Virus genome (UHGV): UHGV-2035542
Reading direction: 5' to 3' (one strand)
Origin: a virus
Length of the DNA stretch: 40,870 nucleotides
The notes below the pieces were generated by a model. It had not been told where the DNA came from, ran no database searches, and saw only the letters and a program-made list of their open reading frames with translations. Positions 27,444 through 37,333 of the stretch are shown here, piece by piece (position 1 is the stretch's first letter; every line of letters starts with the position of its first letter). The translations under genes were made by a program, and so were the position numbers.

Positions 27444-28337
27444 ATGGACCAGATGGCAGAAAACACACCAGAAGTTGAAATCGAAACCGACGCGTCAGAG
27501 CAGATTCCTGATGATGTCGAACTGGCTGAAGAAGTCGAAACAGAAGATGGCAGTGAGTCCTCTGGCAATGATGCAGAGGAAGCTACTGAAACTGATGACG
27601 ACGAATCAGAACAGGAATTCTACTTTGGTGACGAAAAGCTGGATTCGCCAACCAGCGAAGATAGCGCAGAGCATGGACTGGTAAAACACCTGCGCAAGAC
27701 GATTAAAGAGAAAGATCGCGAGCTGAAAGAGCTGATGCGTCAGTCTCAGAAACCCGTCGAGCAGCAGCCGGTAATCACTCAACCACCGCGAATGCCAAAA
27801 CTGGATGATGAGGACATCGGTTTCGATGAAGAAATCTATCAGCAACGCATGGCTAAGTGGGCAGAGGATAACGGAAAGTACCAGCAACAGGAGATGGCTC
27901 GCAAGCAGAAGGAGCAGGAGCTTCAGGCTGCTTATCAAGAGCGATTATCCAAATATCAGCAACGTGTTAAGGCTCTCAAGGTTCCTGGCTATCAGGAAGC
28001 AGAACAGGCCGTACTCGAGGAAATCCCCATCGAGACACAAAACGCGATCCTGTTTGAGTCAGAGAAGCCGGAAATCGTTGTTCTGGCGCTTGGTCGCAAC
28101 GCTGAACTGCGCAAGCAACTGGCAGAAGCTACCAACCCCGTAGCAATTGGTCGTCTGCTGGAACGTATCGAATCGAAGGCCAGAATCATGCCAAAAGCAA
28201 AAACCACGGCAGCCACAACCCCGACAGTTAAGGGGAGCAACGGCGCAGTAATCAATAACCTCGACAAACTGAAAGCCAAGGCGCTGGAAACTGGTGACTG
28301 GACGCCGTATTTCGCCGCTAAAAAGGCAAAAAAATAA
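27444..28337 (+). CDS. scaffolding protein
   Basis: Acidic N-terminus, coiled-coil core and basic C-terminus between portal and coat. Confidence 0.8.
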   Translation: MDQMAENTPEVEIETDASEQIPDDVELAEEVETEDGSESSGNDAEEATETDDDESEQEFYFGDEKLDSPTSEDSAEHGLVKHLRKTIKEKDRELKELMRQSQKPVEQQPVITQPPRMPKLDDEDIGFDEEIYQQRMAKWAEDNGKYQQQEMARKQKEQELQAAYQERLSKYQQRVKALKVPGYQEAEQAVLEEIPIETQNAILFESEKPEIVVLALGRNAELRKQLAEATNPVAIGRLLERIESKARIMPKAKTTAATTPTVKGSNGAVINNLDKLKAKALETGDWTPYFAAKKAKK

Positions 28338-28355
28338 CCTATCGGAGCATTAAGC

Positions 28356-29609
28356 ATGGCTAACCAATTAGCAAAAGACCTTGAAATCATGTTCGAAAAC
28401 TACGTTGAAGGCTTTGAGGCCGCCTGCGTAGTTTCCCGTAACGCTAAAAAATTCCGTCCCGGTGATACAGCAATGCAGCGAGCAGGTGATGTTCTGTATC
28501 GTCCGCAGCATTACCACATGAATATTGAGGAAGGCCTCGACCTCAGCAGCAAAACGCCAACAGCACTGGTTCAGCGCCTTGTTCCTTCTGTGTTCAAGGA
28601 GCCGAAAAACATTCTGTACACTCTGGATGCGCGTGAAATGCGTGACCCGGAACATAAAACTGAAGCTGGTCGCGCCGCAGGTATGCGCCTTGCTGCACAG
28701 ATTGACTCTGACCTAATTTCCATGGTTACGCAGCGTGCTACTAACGTGATCACAATGTCTGACTCAACCACTGGTTCACAGGGCCGTGATTTGTGGAACT
28801 GTGCGGCAGGTATTGATGCCACTATGACGGCGATTGGTGTACCGCAGGGTATCAACCGCCGCTCTTTCTGGAACCCCTTCAACTACAAAGACCTTGCTGG
28901 CGAGCTTGGTCACCGTGCCTATGCTCAGGGCGCAACCTTGACAGCATACGAAAAAGCGCAGATCCCTCCGGTTGCGTCCTTCGATAGCTACAAGACCGAT
29001 ATTTCTGGTCGTGTTCCGAAGGGTACAGCAACTTCCCTGACGCTGGCGGCTGAACCTGCGCACAAGGTTGAAGCGAAAGATGCCAACGATATGCCAGTGG
29101 ATAACCGACAGGGGACCATTACGGTATCTGCATCTGGTTTGCAGGTTGGCGATGCGTTTACCATTGCAGGGGTGAATTCCGTACACCAGATCACCAAAGA
29201 TACCACCGGGCAGCTGCAGGTATTCCGCGTTCTGGCAGTAAGCGGAACGACAGTAACTATCTCCCCGAAAATTCTGCCGCCTGACAACGCGGATGTCGCC
29301 AGCCGACCATATGCAAACGTTGATGCTAACGCGGCAAATGGTGCAGCAATTACCATTCTCAACAAAAATGCCGCACCGGCTAACCTGTTCTGGGCTGATG
29401 GTTCTGTTGAGCTGATGTACGGCAAACTGGCGTTCCCTACTGGTCAGGGGCCACAGGTAATGACAGCAACCACCGAGCAGGGCGCTACGCTGATCATGTC
29501 TTACGCCTTCGACCACATCAAAGGTGTAACCACTGCGCGTTTCACCACCCTGTACGGTTGCTCTGTACTTGTTCCTGAATATACGGGCATCGTTATTGCC
29601 GGGCAGTAA
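28356..29609 (+). CDS. major coat protein (P22/Sf6-like)
   Basis: 417-aa ORF in coat position followed by a strong terminator. Confidence 0.85.
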   Translation: MANQLAKDLEIMFENYVEGFEAACVVSRNAKKFRPGDTAMQRAGDVLYRPQHYHMNIEEGLDLSSKTPTALVQRLVPSVFKEPKNILYTLDAREMRDPEHKTEAGRAAGMRLAAQIDSDLISMVTQRATNVITMSDSTTGSQGRDLWNCAAGIDATMTAIGVPQGINRRSFWNPFNYKDLAGELGHRAYAQGATLTAYEKAQIPPVASFDSYKTDISGRVPKGTATSLTLAAEPAHKVEAKDANDMPVDNRQGTITVSASGLQVGDAFTIAGVNSVHQITKDTTGQLQVFRVLAVSGTTVTISPKILPPDNADVASRPYANVDANAANGAAITILNKNAAPANLFWADGSVELMYGKLAFPTGQGPQVMTATTEQGATLIMSYAFDHIKGVTTARFTTLYGCSVLVPEYTGIVIAGQ

Positions 29610-29616
29610 TTTTGGT

Positions 29617-29640
29617 GGGGCTTCGGCCCCATTTTTATTT
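29617..29640 (+). terminator. intrinsic terminator after the coat gene
   Basis: GGGGC-TTCG-GCCCC hairpin followed by a T-tract. Confidence 0.65.
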
Positions 29641-29650
29641 GGAGAAGACA

Positions 29651-29839
29651 ATGGCACGAACAATGCTCTATAAGCCTGGCAACATGATCACCTGTGGTCA
29701 GTTTGCTGTCGATTACATCATTGTTGATGACGAAGAAGTTAAATCTCACCTGAAAAAAGGCTGGGTAAAAACTCCTGAAGAAACCGCAACGAAGCATAAA
29801 GTGGCTAAGGCGGAAGAAGATGGCGAAAACGAAGGGTGA
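29651..29839 (+). CDS. hypothetical small head-region protein
   Basis: GGAG RBS before MARTMLYKPG; overlaps the next gene start. Confidence 0.4.
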   Translation: MARTMLYKPGNMITCGQFAVDYIIVDDEEVKSHLKKGWVKTPEETATKHKVAKAEEDGENEG

Positions 29840-30281
29840 TCTCGTTCTTAAGGCTTTACGAAAAGCCGGGCTGTATTCCAATGCCACGTTGACAGATGCC
29901 GACCCTCAGGCAATAGAAGATGCCATTAATGACCTCGAAGACATGATGGCAGCATGGCAGGCGAAAGGTATCGAGCTTGGATATCAGTTTGCTGATACAG
30001 AAAACGGCATCATGCCGTTACCTGACGATGATTCAGGTATCCCTGCATGGGCAAATGATGGCGTCGCTTTGAAACTCGCTGTGCAAGTGTGCATGGATAA
30101 CGTCATTCAGCCGTCAGATGCTCTCCTTACCGCTGCTGACAGCGCATATCAGACAATCTGCATCGCTTTAACCAAAATACCACCACTTGAGCGGCGAAAT
30201 GACATGCCTCGCGGTAGTGGTAACAAAAGCGCGTTTACGTGGAATCGGTTTTACATCGAGAAAGATGATCCGAGTACGTGA
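29820..30281 (+). CDS. gp4-like head completion/tail adaptor protein
   Basis: Position and size as in the P22 4-10-26 neck gene series. Confidence 0.65.
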   Translation: MAKTKGDLVLKALRKAGLYSNATLTDADPQAIEDAINDLEDMMAAWQAKGIELGYQFADTENGIMPLPDDDSGIPAWANDGVALKLAVQVCMDNVIQPSDALLTAADSAYQTICIALTKIPPLERRNDMPRGSGNKSAFTWNRFYIEKDDPST

Positions 30282-30290
30282 GGTGAATAA

Positions 30291-31709
30291 ATGCCGATTC
30301 AGCAACTTCCGCTTATGAAAGGTGTCGGCAAAGACTTTCGAAACGCCGACTATATCGACTATCTGCCAGTGAATATGCTGGCTACACCCAAAGAAATCCT
30401 CAACAGCAGCGGATATCTTCGCTCATTCCCGGGCATTGCCAAACGTTCTGATGTGAACGGTGTATCTCGAGGCGTCGAGTACAACATGGCGCAGAATGCT
30501 GTCTATCGTGTGTGTGGCGGCAAGCTCTACAAAGGCGAAAGCGAGGTCGGTGATGTTGCCGGAAGTGGTCGCGTATCAATGGCGCATGGTCGAACATCTC
30601 AGGCGGTAGGCGTTAATGGTCAACTGATCGAGTATCGCTATGATGGCACGGTTAAAACAGTCTCAAACTGGCCTACAGACAGCGGATTCACTCAGTATGA
30701 GTTAGGTTCGGTTCGCGACATTACGCGTTTACGTGGGCGTTATGCGTGGTCAAAAGACGGCACTGATTCATGGTTTATCACTGACCTTGAAGACGAATCG
30801 CATCCTGACCGTTACAGCGCACAATATCGTGCCGAGTCTCAGCCGGACGGCATCATCGGTATCGGGACATGGCGAGACTTCATCGTCTGCTTTGGTTCAT
30901 CGACTATTGAATATTTCTCCCTGACTGGCGCAACCACCGTTGGTGCTGCTTTGTATGTCGCACAGCCATCACTGATGGTGCAAAAAGGCATTGCCGGAAC
31001 TTACTGTAAAACGCCGTTTGCTGATTCTTATGCGTTTATCAGCAATCCGGCAACAGGTGCTCCGTCTGTATACATCATCGGCTCCGGTCAGGTGTCACCA
31101 ATCGCCAGCGCGAGCATTGAGAAAATCCTCCGCTCCTACACTGCTGATGAACTGGCTGATGGTGTGATGGAATCGCTGCGGTTTGATGCTCATGAGTTGC
31201 TGATTATCCACCTTCCTCGCCATGTTCTTGTTTACGACGCATCTTCAAGCGCCAATGGTCCGCAATGGTGTGTGTTGAAAACAGGCCTGTATGACGATGT
31301 GTACCGCGCTATCGACTTCATTTACGAAGGCAATCAGATAACGTGCGGCGATAAGCTGGAGTCCGTGACCGGGAAATTGCAATTCGACATCAGCAGCCAG
31401 TACGACAAGCAACAGGAACACCTGCTGTTTACTCCACTGTTCAAAGCGGATAACGCCAGAGTGTTCGACCTTGAGGTTGAATCGTCAACTGGCGTTGCGC
31501 AGTATGCTGACCGCCTTTTTCTCTCTGCAACCACTGACGGCATCAATTACGGGCGTGAGCAGATGATTGAGCAGAATGAACCGTTCGTTTACGACAAACG
31601 CGTTTTGTGGAAGCGAGTAGGGCGCATCAGGAAAAATGTCGGCTTCAAATTGCGCGTTATCACGAAGTCACCTGTCACTCTGTCTGGCTGCCAGATAAGG
31701 ATTGAGTAA
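30291..31709 (+). CDS. gp10-like head completion protein
   Basis: 472-aa ORF following the gp4-like gene. Confidence 0.7.
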   Translation: MPIQQLPLMKGVGKDFRNADYIDYLPVNMLATPKEILNSSGYLRSFPGIAKRSDVNGVSRGVEYNMAQNAVYRVCGGKLYKGESEVGDVAGSGRVSMAHGRTSQAVGVNGQLIEYRYDGTVKTVSNWPTDSGFTQYELGSVRDITRLRGRYAWSKDGTDSWFITDLEDESHPDRYSAQYRAESQPDGIIGIGTWRDFIVCFGSSTIEYFSLTGATTVGAALYVAQPSLMVQKGIAGTYCKTPFADSYAFISNPATGAPSVYIIGSGQVSPIASASIEKILRSYTADELADGVMESLRFDAHELLIIHLPRHVLVYDASSSANGPQWCVLKTGLYDDVYRAIDFIYEGNQITCGDKLESVTGKLQFDISSQYDKQQEHLLFTPLFKADNARVFDLEVESSTGVAQYADRLFLSATTDGINYGREQMIEQNEPFVYDKRVLWKRVGRIRKNVGFKLRVITKSPVTLSGCQIRIE

Positions 31710-32410
31710 TGGCGGATTCGAATCTCAATACACCTGTTATTGTTCAGGCGACGCGGCTCGATACATCAATCCTTCCACGCAATATCTTCTCGCAGTCATA
31801 TCTGCTTTACGTTATCGCACAGGGTACTGATGTTGGTAACGTGGCGAACAAGGCCAACGAGGCCGGACAGGGCGCTTATGACGCACAAGTCAGGAACGAT
31901 GAGCAGGATGTGATTCTGGTCGATCACGAAGAAAGAATTCGTCAGCTCCGCATTGAAGTAGATGACCATGAAATCCGTATTGCTGCGAATACTGCGGCAA
32001 TTGCAGAGCTGGATGTCAGACTAACCACGGCTGAAGGAGAAATAGTCACTTTACAGGCTGACGTCAGCGCTCTTGATGGCCGGGTTACGACTGCTGAGAG
32101 CAACATTTCTGCATTACAGGACGACTATGTATCGAAAACAGCCACTGCAACACAATCGCTGGCATCTCCCCTCAATGTAACAACATCCTATTCGGTCGGC
32201 GGCACCAAGGTTATTGGTGCTCGTCAGACAGGGTGGACAGCAGCCACAGGTACGCCACTTCTTGGCTCATTCAACGCTAACCAGTCATACACTGTCGGCA
32301 CTACGTACACACAATCCGAAGTCGCATCTCTCGCTACAGGTTTGCAGCAGGCGCGGCAGCGTATTCTGGCGCTTGAAACGGCACTTAGATTACATGGGCT
32401 GATTGACTGA
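31709..32410 (+). CDS. tail needle protein (gp26-like)
   Basis: 233 aa with heptad-repeat coiled coil ([50 protein letters not shown]). Confidence 0.75.
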   Translation: MADSNLNTPVIVQATRLDTSILPRNIFSQSYLLYVIAQGTDVGNVANKANEAGQGAYDAQVRNDEQDVILVDHEERIRQLRIEVDDHEIRIAANTAAIAELDVRLTTAEGEIVTLQADVSALDGRVTTAESNISALQDDYVSKTATATQSLASPLNVTTSYSVGGTKVIGARQTGWTAATGTPLLGSFNANQSYTVGTTYTQSEVASLATGLQQARQRILALETALRLHGLID

Positions 32411-32865
32411 TGATTACATTCAAACCAACGCGAAACATTGACCTGATCGAAGCAGTCGGAAATCACCCTGACATTATCGCCGGGAGCAACAACGGTGATG
32501 GATACGACTACAAACCTGATTGCCGTTACTTTGAGGTGAACGTGCACGGGCAGTTCGGCGGAATTGTTTACTATCAGGAGATTCAGCCTTTGACCTTTGA
32601 TTGCCACGCCATGTACCTGCCAGAGATTCGCGGATTCAGCAAGGAAATCGGGCTGGCGTTCTGGCGATACATTCTGACTAACACCACCGTTCAGTGCGTC
32701 ACATCGTTCGCTGCACGCAAATTCCGCCACGGGCAGATGTACTGCGCAATGATTGGCCTTAAGCGTGTAGGAACCATCAAGAAATACTTCAAAGGCGTGG
32801 ATGACGTGACGTTTTACAGCGCCACACGCGAAGAACTAATCGACTTCCTGAATCACGGGAGATAG
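32410..32865 (+). CDS. gp14-like head/ejection-associated protein (putative)
   Basis: Position between the needle and ejection-protein genes. Confidence 0.45.
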   Translation: MITFKPTRNIDLIEAVGNHPDIIAGSNNGDGYDYKPDCRYFEVNVHGQFGGIVYYQEIQPLTFDCHAMYLPEIRGFSKEIGLAFWRYILTNTTVQCVTSFAARKFRHGQMYCAMIGLKRVGTIKKYFKGVDDVTFYSATREELIDFLNHGR

Positions 32866-32867
32866 CC

Positions 32868-33560
32868 ATGTTATATGCATTTAAGCTGGGCAGAAAACTG
32901 CGCGGTGAGGAACCTTATTGCCCTGAAAAAGGCGGGAAAGGTGGCAGTTCTGATAAAAGCGCAAAATATGCAGCAGAAGCTCAGAAGTATGCCGCAGACC
33001 TGCAAAATCAGCAGTGGCAGACGATCATGAAAAACCTTGCTCCGTTCACGCCTCTTGCGGAGCAGTATGTTAACCAGCTTCAGAATCTTTCCAGTTTAGA
33101 AGGTCAGGGGAAGGCACTTAATCAGTATTACAATTCTCAGCAGTATAAAGACCTTGCAGGTCAGGCGCGTTACCAGAGTCTTGCTGCTGCGGAGGCGACT
33201 GGTGGACTTGGTTCGACAGCCACAAGCAATCAACTGGCTACGATCGCGCCGACACTCGGTCAGTCTTGGTTATCAAACCAGATGAGCAATTACAACAATC
33301 TGGCAAACGTTGGGCTTGGTGCGCTGCAAGGTCAGGCAAACGCCGGGCAGACGTACGCCAACAACATGAGCAGCATTGCACAGCAAAGCGCAGCTCTTGC
33401 CGCTGCTAATGCCAACAAACCATCAAGTCTTCAGACAGCAATTAGTGGCGGAACGTCTGGTGCGATTGCCGGTGCAGGTCTTGCCAGCCTTTTGGGAACA
33501 TCAACACCTTGGGGCGCTGGCATTGGTGCTGGTATCGGATTGCTTGGCTCGTTGTTTTAA
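32868..33560 (+). CDS. ejection (DNA transfer) protein, gp7-like
   Basis: Low-complexity Q/N/A/G-rich protein with a hydrophobic C-terminus. Confidence 0.65.
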   Translation: MLYAFKLGRKLRGEEPYCPEKGGKGGSSDKSAKYAAEAQKYAADLQNQQWQTIMKNLAPFTPLAEQYVNQLQNLSSLEGQGKALNQYYNSQQYKDLAGQARYQSLAAAEATGGLGSTATSNQLATIAPTLGQSWLSNQMSNYNNLANVGLGALQGQANAGQTYANNMSSIAQQSAALAAANANKPSSLQTAISGGTSGAIAGAGLASLLGTSTPWGAGIGAGIGLLGSLF

Positions 33561-33569
33561 GGGGTAATC

Positions 33570-34865
33570 ATGGCTACTTGGCAAGGAACAAATGGCGGAT
33601 TGTTGGCTGGTATCGGTGGTGTCAACTCAAACGCTCCGAACGTAAATGACATCGGCAATACGCTTCAGCTTATCAGGCAGAACAATGATATTGAGCGTTC
33701 AGGCGCTAACAATGTTGGGCTGACTGCTTTGCAAGGCCTTTCAGGTATTGCGGGGGTGTTTCAGCAGGAAAAGCAGGCTCAGCGGCAGAAAGAATTTCAG
33801 CAGGCATACGCTAATGCTTATGCGTCTGGTGATCGCGGTGCTTTGCGTCAGTTAGCTACTGAATATCCAGACCAGATTGAATCCGTTCGTAAAGGCATGG
33901 GGTTCATTGATGAAGACCAGCGCAATTCTATCGGCACCTTAGCGGCTGGCGCCCGCCTTGCATCATCGTCTCCAGAAGCAATGCAATCATGGCTGCAAAA
34001 CAACGCCAAGGAACTGACTCGCGTCGGTGTTGACCCTAACAGCGTTGCTCAGATGTATCAGCAGAATCCTTCAGGATTTGGTGAGTTTGTTGATCACCTT
34101 GGGATGGCTGCGCTTGGTCCGATTGACTACTTCAATGTTCAGGACAAGATGGCTGGTCGTGAGATTGACCGAGGCAGGCTGGCAGAGACAATCCGCAGCA
34201 ATCAGGCAGGAGAAGCACTAACAGCTCGAGGTCAGGACATCCAGATACGTGGACAGAACATCAGCGCACAGAATGCTGCTCTTTCCCGAGAAATACAAAG
34301 AGCAGAATTACAAGAAAAGGCTCTGGACAGACAGATAGCCAGAGAAAGCAATCAGTTAAAGCTTGAAGAGCTAAAACAGAAACAGGCAGATGTTCGGCAA
34401 AAGGCTGACATAGCCCGCGCTGACAGGCAGGCCGCCGCTCAGGGTGCAGTTGATACGTTCAGCACCGCGCTTGATTCTCTCAACGAGATAGAGCAAAGCC
34501 CCGGCCTTTCAAAAGCAGTAGGAATTCGCTCAGCGTTTCCGACAGTTCCTGGCTCTGATGCGGCTAACTTTGAAGCAAGGCTCGACACCTTTAAAGCTCA
34601 AACATTCCTTCCTATGGTGCAGTCCCTGAAGGGTATGGGCGCTCTTTCAGATGCTGAGGGTAAAAAATTATCCGATGCGGTTGGTGCCCTAAGCCCCAAA
34701 ATGAGTGAAAAGGCTTTTCGTGACTCTATCGGAAAGATTAGAAATCAGCTTGAAAGCAAGTTGAGCACTGTTAAAAAACAGTTTGATTATCAGGATCCAG
34801 TACAGAATACGCCAGGACAACAATCTCCTGCTGGCAGTAACTTTTCTTCACTATGGGGTGATTAA
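33570..34865 (+). CDS. ejection (DNA transfer) protein, gp20-like
   Basis: 431-aa Q/A-rich protein in the ejection-gene series. Confidence 0.65.
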   Translation: MATWQGTNGGLLAGIGGVNSNAPNVNDIGNTLQLIRQNNDIERSGANNVGLTALQGLSGIAGVFQQEKQAQRQKEFQQAYANAYASGDRGALRQLATEYPDQIESVRKGMGFIDEDQRNSIGTLAAGARLASSSPEAMQSWLQNNAKELTRVGVDPNSVAQMYQQNPSGFGEFVDHLGMAALGPIDYFNVQDKMAGREIDRGRLAETIRSNQAGEALTARGQDIQIRGQNISAQNAALSREIQRAELQEKALDRQIARESNQLKLEELKQKQADVRQKADIARADRQAAAQGAVDTFSTALDSLNEIEQSPGLSKAVGIRSAFPTVPGSDAANFEARLDTFKAQTFLPMVQSLKGMGALSDAEGKKLSDAVGALSPKMSEKAFRDSIGKIRNQLESKLSTVKKQFDYQDPVQNTPGQQSPAGSNFSSLWGD

Positions 34866-36862
34866 TGGCTAAAGCATGGAAAGATGTTATCGCCTCTCCA
34901 CAGTATCAGGCGTTAGCACCAGAACAAAAAGCGCAGGCTCAGGAGCAATACTTCAATGAAGTCGTGGCCCCGAAAGCCGGAGAAAATGCAGAGCAGGCTA
35001 AGCAAGCTTTCTATGCTGCCTATCCATTGCCATCTGTGCATCCAGTGGAGACACAACAACCAGTAGCACAGCAACAACCACAGCAAAGTGGATTTATGTC
35101 TGATCTTGGTGAAGCCGTGAAAGAAACTGGTCGCGGACTGGTGCAGGCTGGCGTGAACGTGGCAAACATACCTGCATCAGTTGCCGATGCTGTAACAAGC
35201 GCGGCGGCTTGGGCTGGCGGTAAACTCGGCATTGGCGATGGTACATATCAACCAGCACCACGAGTAACAACGCAGGGATTAGAGCAGGACTTTGGCCTTC
35301 AGCAAGGTGCGCTGACTCCACAAACGACAGAGGGAAGGGTATTTGCTGAAGCATTGCCTTACCTCACTCCTGCTGGCGTTGAGAGAGCGGCGGTACAGGC
35401 ACCAACACTTGCTGGTCGAATTGCTCATGGGGCAACTCGCCTTCTAGCAGAAAACGCAGTTGGATCACTTGCTGCAAATAGTGCGAAAGATGATGCGGAA
35501 GCACTCGCTACCGATTTAGGTGTTGGAGTTCTGGCAGGCGGCGCTATTAACGCTGCTGGACGTGGATTAGGTGCTGCTTATCGTGGCGTTCGTGGTGCTA
35601 TTGCGCCAGAAGCGCAGCAGGCTATCAGATTTGCAGAGCGTGAAGGAGTGCCTCTGCACACCACAGACCTGTTACAACCTACTTCCCGCGTCGGAAAAAT
35701 GGCGCAGACTACAGCAGAAAATATCCCTCTGGCTGGAACAAGCGGAATGAGAGCAACGCAACAGGAAGCGAGAAGCCAGTTGGTGCAGAGATTTGCTGAT
35801 AAATTCGGGGAGTATGATCCAGCGGTTGTTATTGACAGCCTTAAAGCGAAAACATCAGGAATTCGTCGTGCCGCCGGTAATCGACTGGAGCAGGTTCAGA
35901 ATGCTATGGCTGGAGTAAACATTCAGCCTGCGCGAGCAATTCAGCAGATTGATACAGAAATATCTAACCTGCAGAAGCTTGGTAAGGTGGCTGATAACGA
36001 GACAATTTCAAAACTTCAGTCATATCGTGATGAGCTTGTTCGCAATGCTGGCCCTGATGGTCCGGTAAATCTGGATTTGAAGCAATTAAGCGACCTGCGC
36101 AGTCAGTTCAGAATGGACGTGAAGGGTGAGCGACCAGTGTTACCAAACCGTTCCGATGCTGCCATTCAGCGCGTTTACAAGGCGATGACCGACGATATCA
36201 ATGGTGCCATTGGTCAGAATCTTGGCAACGATACTCTCCGTAAATATCAGCAGGCCAATGCCGTCTACGCTGACGAAGCGGCGAAACTAAAGAATACCAG
36301 GCTGAAGAATGTTCTCATGAAAGGCGACCTGACGCCGGAAGTTGTCAACAACATGCTATTCAGCAAGAACAAATCGGAAATTAAGACGCTGTATAACTCA
36401 GTTGGTCGTGTTGGCAGGGTGCAAATGCGCAATGGCATCATTGGAAAGGCGATGGAGAAATCTGGCGGATCCCCTGACCAGTTCCTTCGGCAGCTTAACA
36501 TCCTGCAAAACCAGACTGGCATCACATTTAAGGGGCAGGACGCTGCTTATCTGAAAGGATTGAAAAATTACCTTCAGTCCACTCAGCAGGCAGCAAAAGC
36601 GGCAGTAACAACACCAACAGGGCAGCAAACCATCCCGTTCATTATCGGGTATGGGACGGCAATGAACCCGGCGACAACTGGCGCAGCAGTAAGCTACGGA
36701 CTTCTTACTCGCGCCTATGAGAGCGAACCATTCAGAAATGCAATGCTCCGAATGGCAAACACCCCACGCGGATCAACAGCGTTTGAGAAAGCCATGCAGC
36801 AGGCGCAAAAGGCCATTAACGCCCTGACTCAGGGTGCCAAGTCTGATGCGTTGTCAGAATAG
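34865..36862 (+). CDS. ejection (DNA transfer) protein, gp16-like
   Basis: 665-aa A/G/Q-rich protein, last of the ejection-gene series. Confidence 0.65.
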   Translation: MAKAWKDVIASPQYQALAPEQKAQAQEQYFNEVVAPKAGENAEQAKQAFYAAYPLPSVHPVETQQPVAQQQPQQSGFMSDLGEAVKETGRGLVQAGVNVANIPASVADAVTSAAAWAGGKLGIGDGTYQPAPRVTTQGLEQDFGLQQGALTPQTTEGRVFAEALPYLTPAGVERAAVQAPTLAGRIAHGATRLLAENAVGSLAANSAKDDAEALATDLGVGVLAGGAINAAGRGLGAAYRGVRGAIAPEAQQAIRFAEREGVPLHTTDLLQPTSRVGKMAQTTAENIPLAGTSGMRATQQEARSQLVQRFADKFGEYDPAVVIDSLKAKTSGIRRAAGNRLEQVQNAMAGVNIQPARAIQQIDTEISNLQKLGKVADNETISKLQSYRDELVRNAGPDGPVNLDLKQLSDLRSQFRMDVKGERPVLPNRSDAAIQRVYKAMTDDINGAIGQNLGNDTLRKYQQANAVYADEAAKLKNTRLKNVLMKGDLTPEVVNNMLFSKNKSEIKTLYNSVGRVGRVQMRNGIIGKAMEKSGGSPDQFLRQLNILQNQTGITFKGQDAAYLKGLKNYLQSTQQAAKAAVTTPTGQQTIPFIIGYGTAMNPATTGAAVSYGLLTRAYESEPFRNAMLRMANTPRGSTAFEKAMQQAQKAINALTQGAKSDALSE

Positions 36863-36951
36863 CTTCGCAAACACCAGGAACGTGCAAAAACCAAATATGT
36901 AGAACGCAATATTCAGCATATCTCTTTGCATAAATCCTCCGTAACTGATGG

Positions 36952-37212
36952 TTAGCTGCTGTCTTTTTTATATAGCTCTTTGAGCGTATCAAAGACAATT
37001 TTCTTAACCATATCAGATTGTTGTTCTGCCATACGCTCTGCATCGTCAATGTAAACTGATGCAGAGCTTTGTTTAGCCAATGATTCTTCAATCGCTGCAA
37101 TTATCTCTGAGTTCAGCGACCTGTTATTCATCTTCGCACGCTGCTTAATTTTCGCGTGGAGTTCATGCGGAAGTCTCAAGTGAAACTGCGCCTCGTCGTA
37201 TTTGCTGTACAT
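36952..37212 (-). CDS. mnt: Mnt-like ribbon-helix-helix repressor
   Basis: FHLRLPHELHAKIKQRAKMNNRSLNSEIIAAIEESL (RHH) and C-terminal VKKIVFDTLKELYKK resemble P22 Mnt from memory. Confidence 0.7.
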   Translation of the reverse strand: MYSKYDEAQFHLRLPHELHAKIKQRAKMNNRSLNSEIIAAIEESLAKQSSASVYIDDAERMAEQQSDMVKKIVFDTLKELYKKDSS

Positions 37213-37333
37213 CCTTGATGCCTCACCAGTTGGGTGGAATGGCATCGTAACCTACTGGATAAATACTCAATAGTACCATTTCGGTATGCAATCACATCAT
37301 GGTTGCATCATATCATTCGTCTGGAGCAATGAA

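Noticed and set aside
28776-29663. 295-aa minus-strand ORF
   Set aside because: Entirely antisense to the coat gene, which has strong homology and sits in a collinear head operon; likely spurious.
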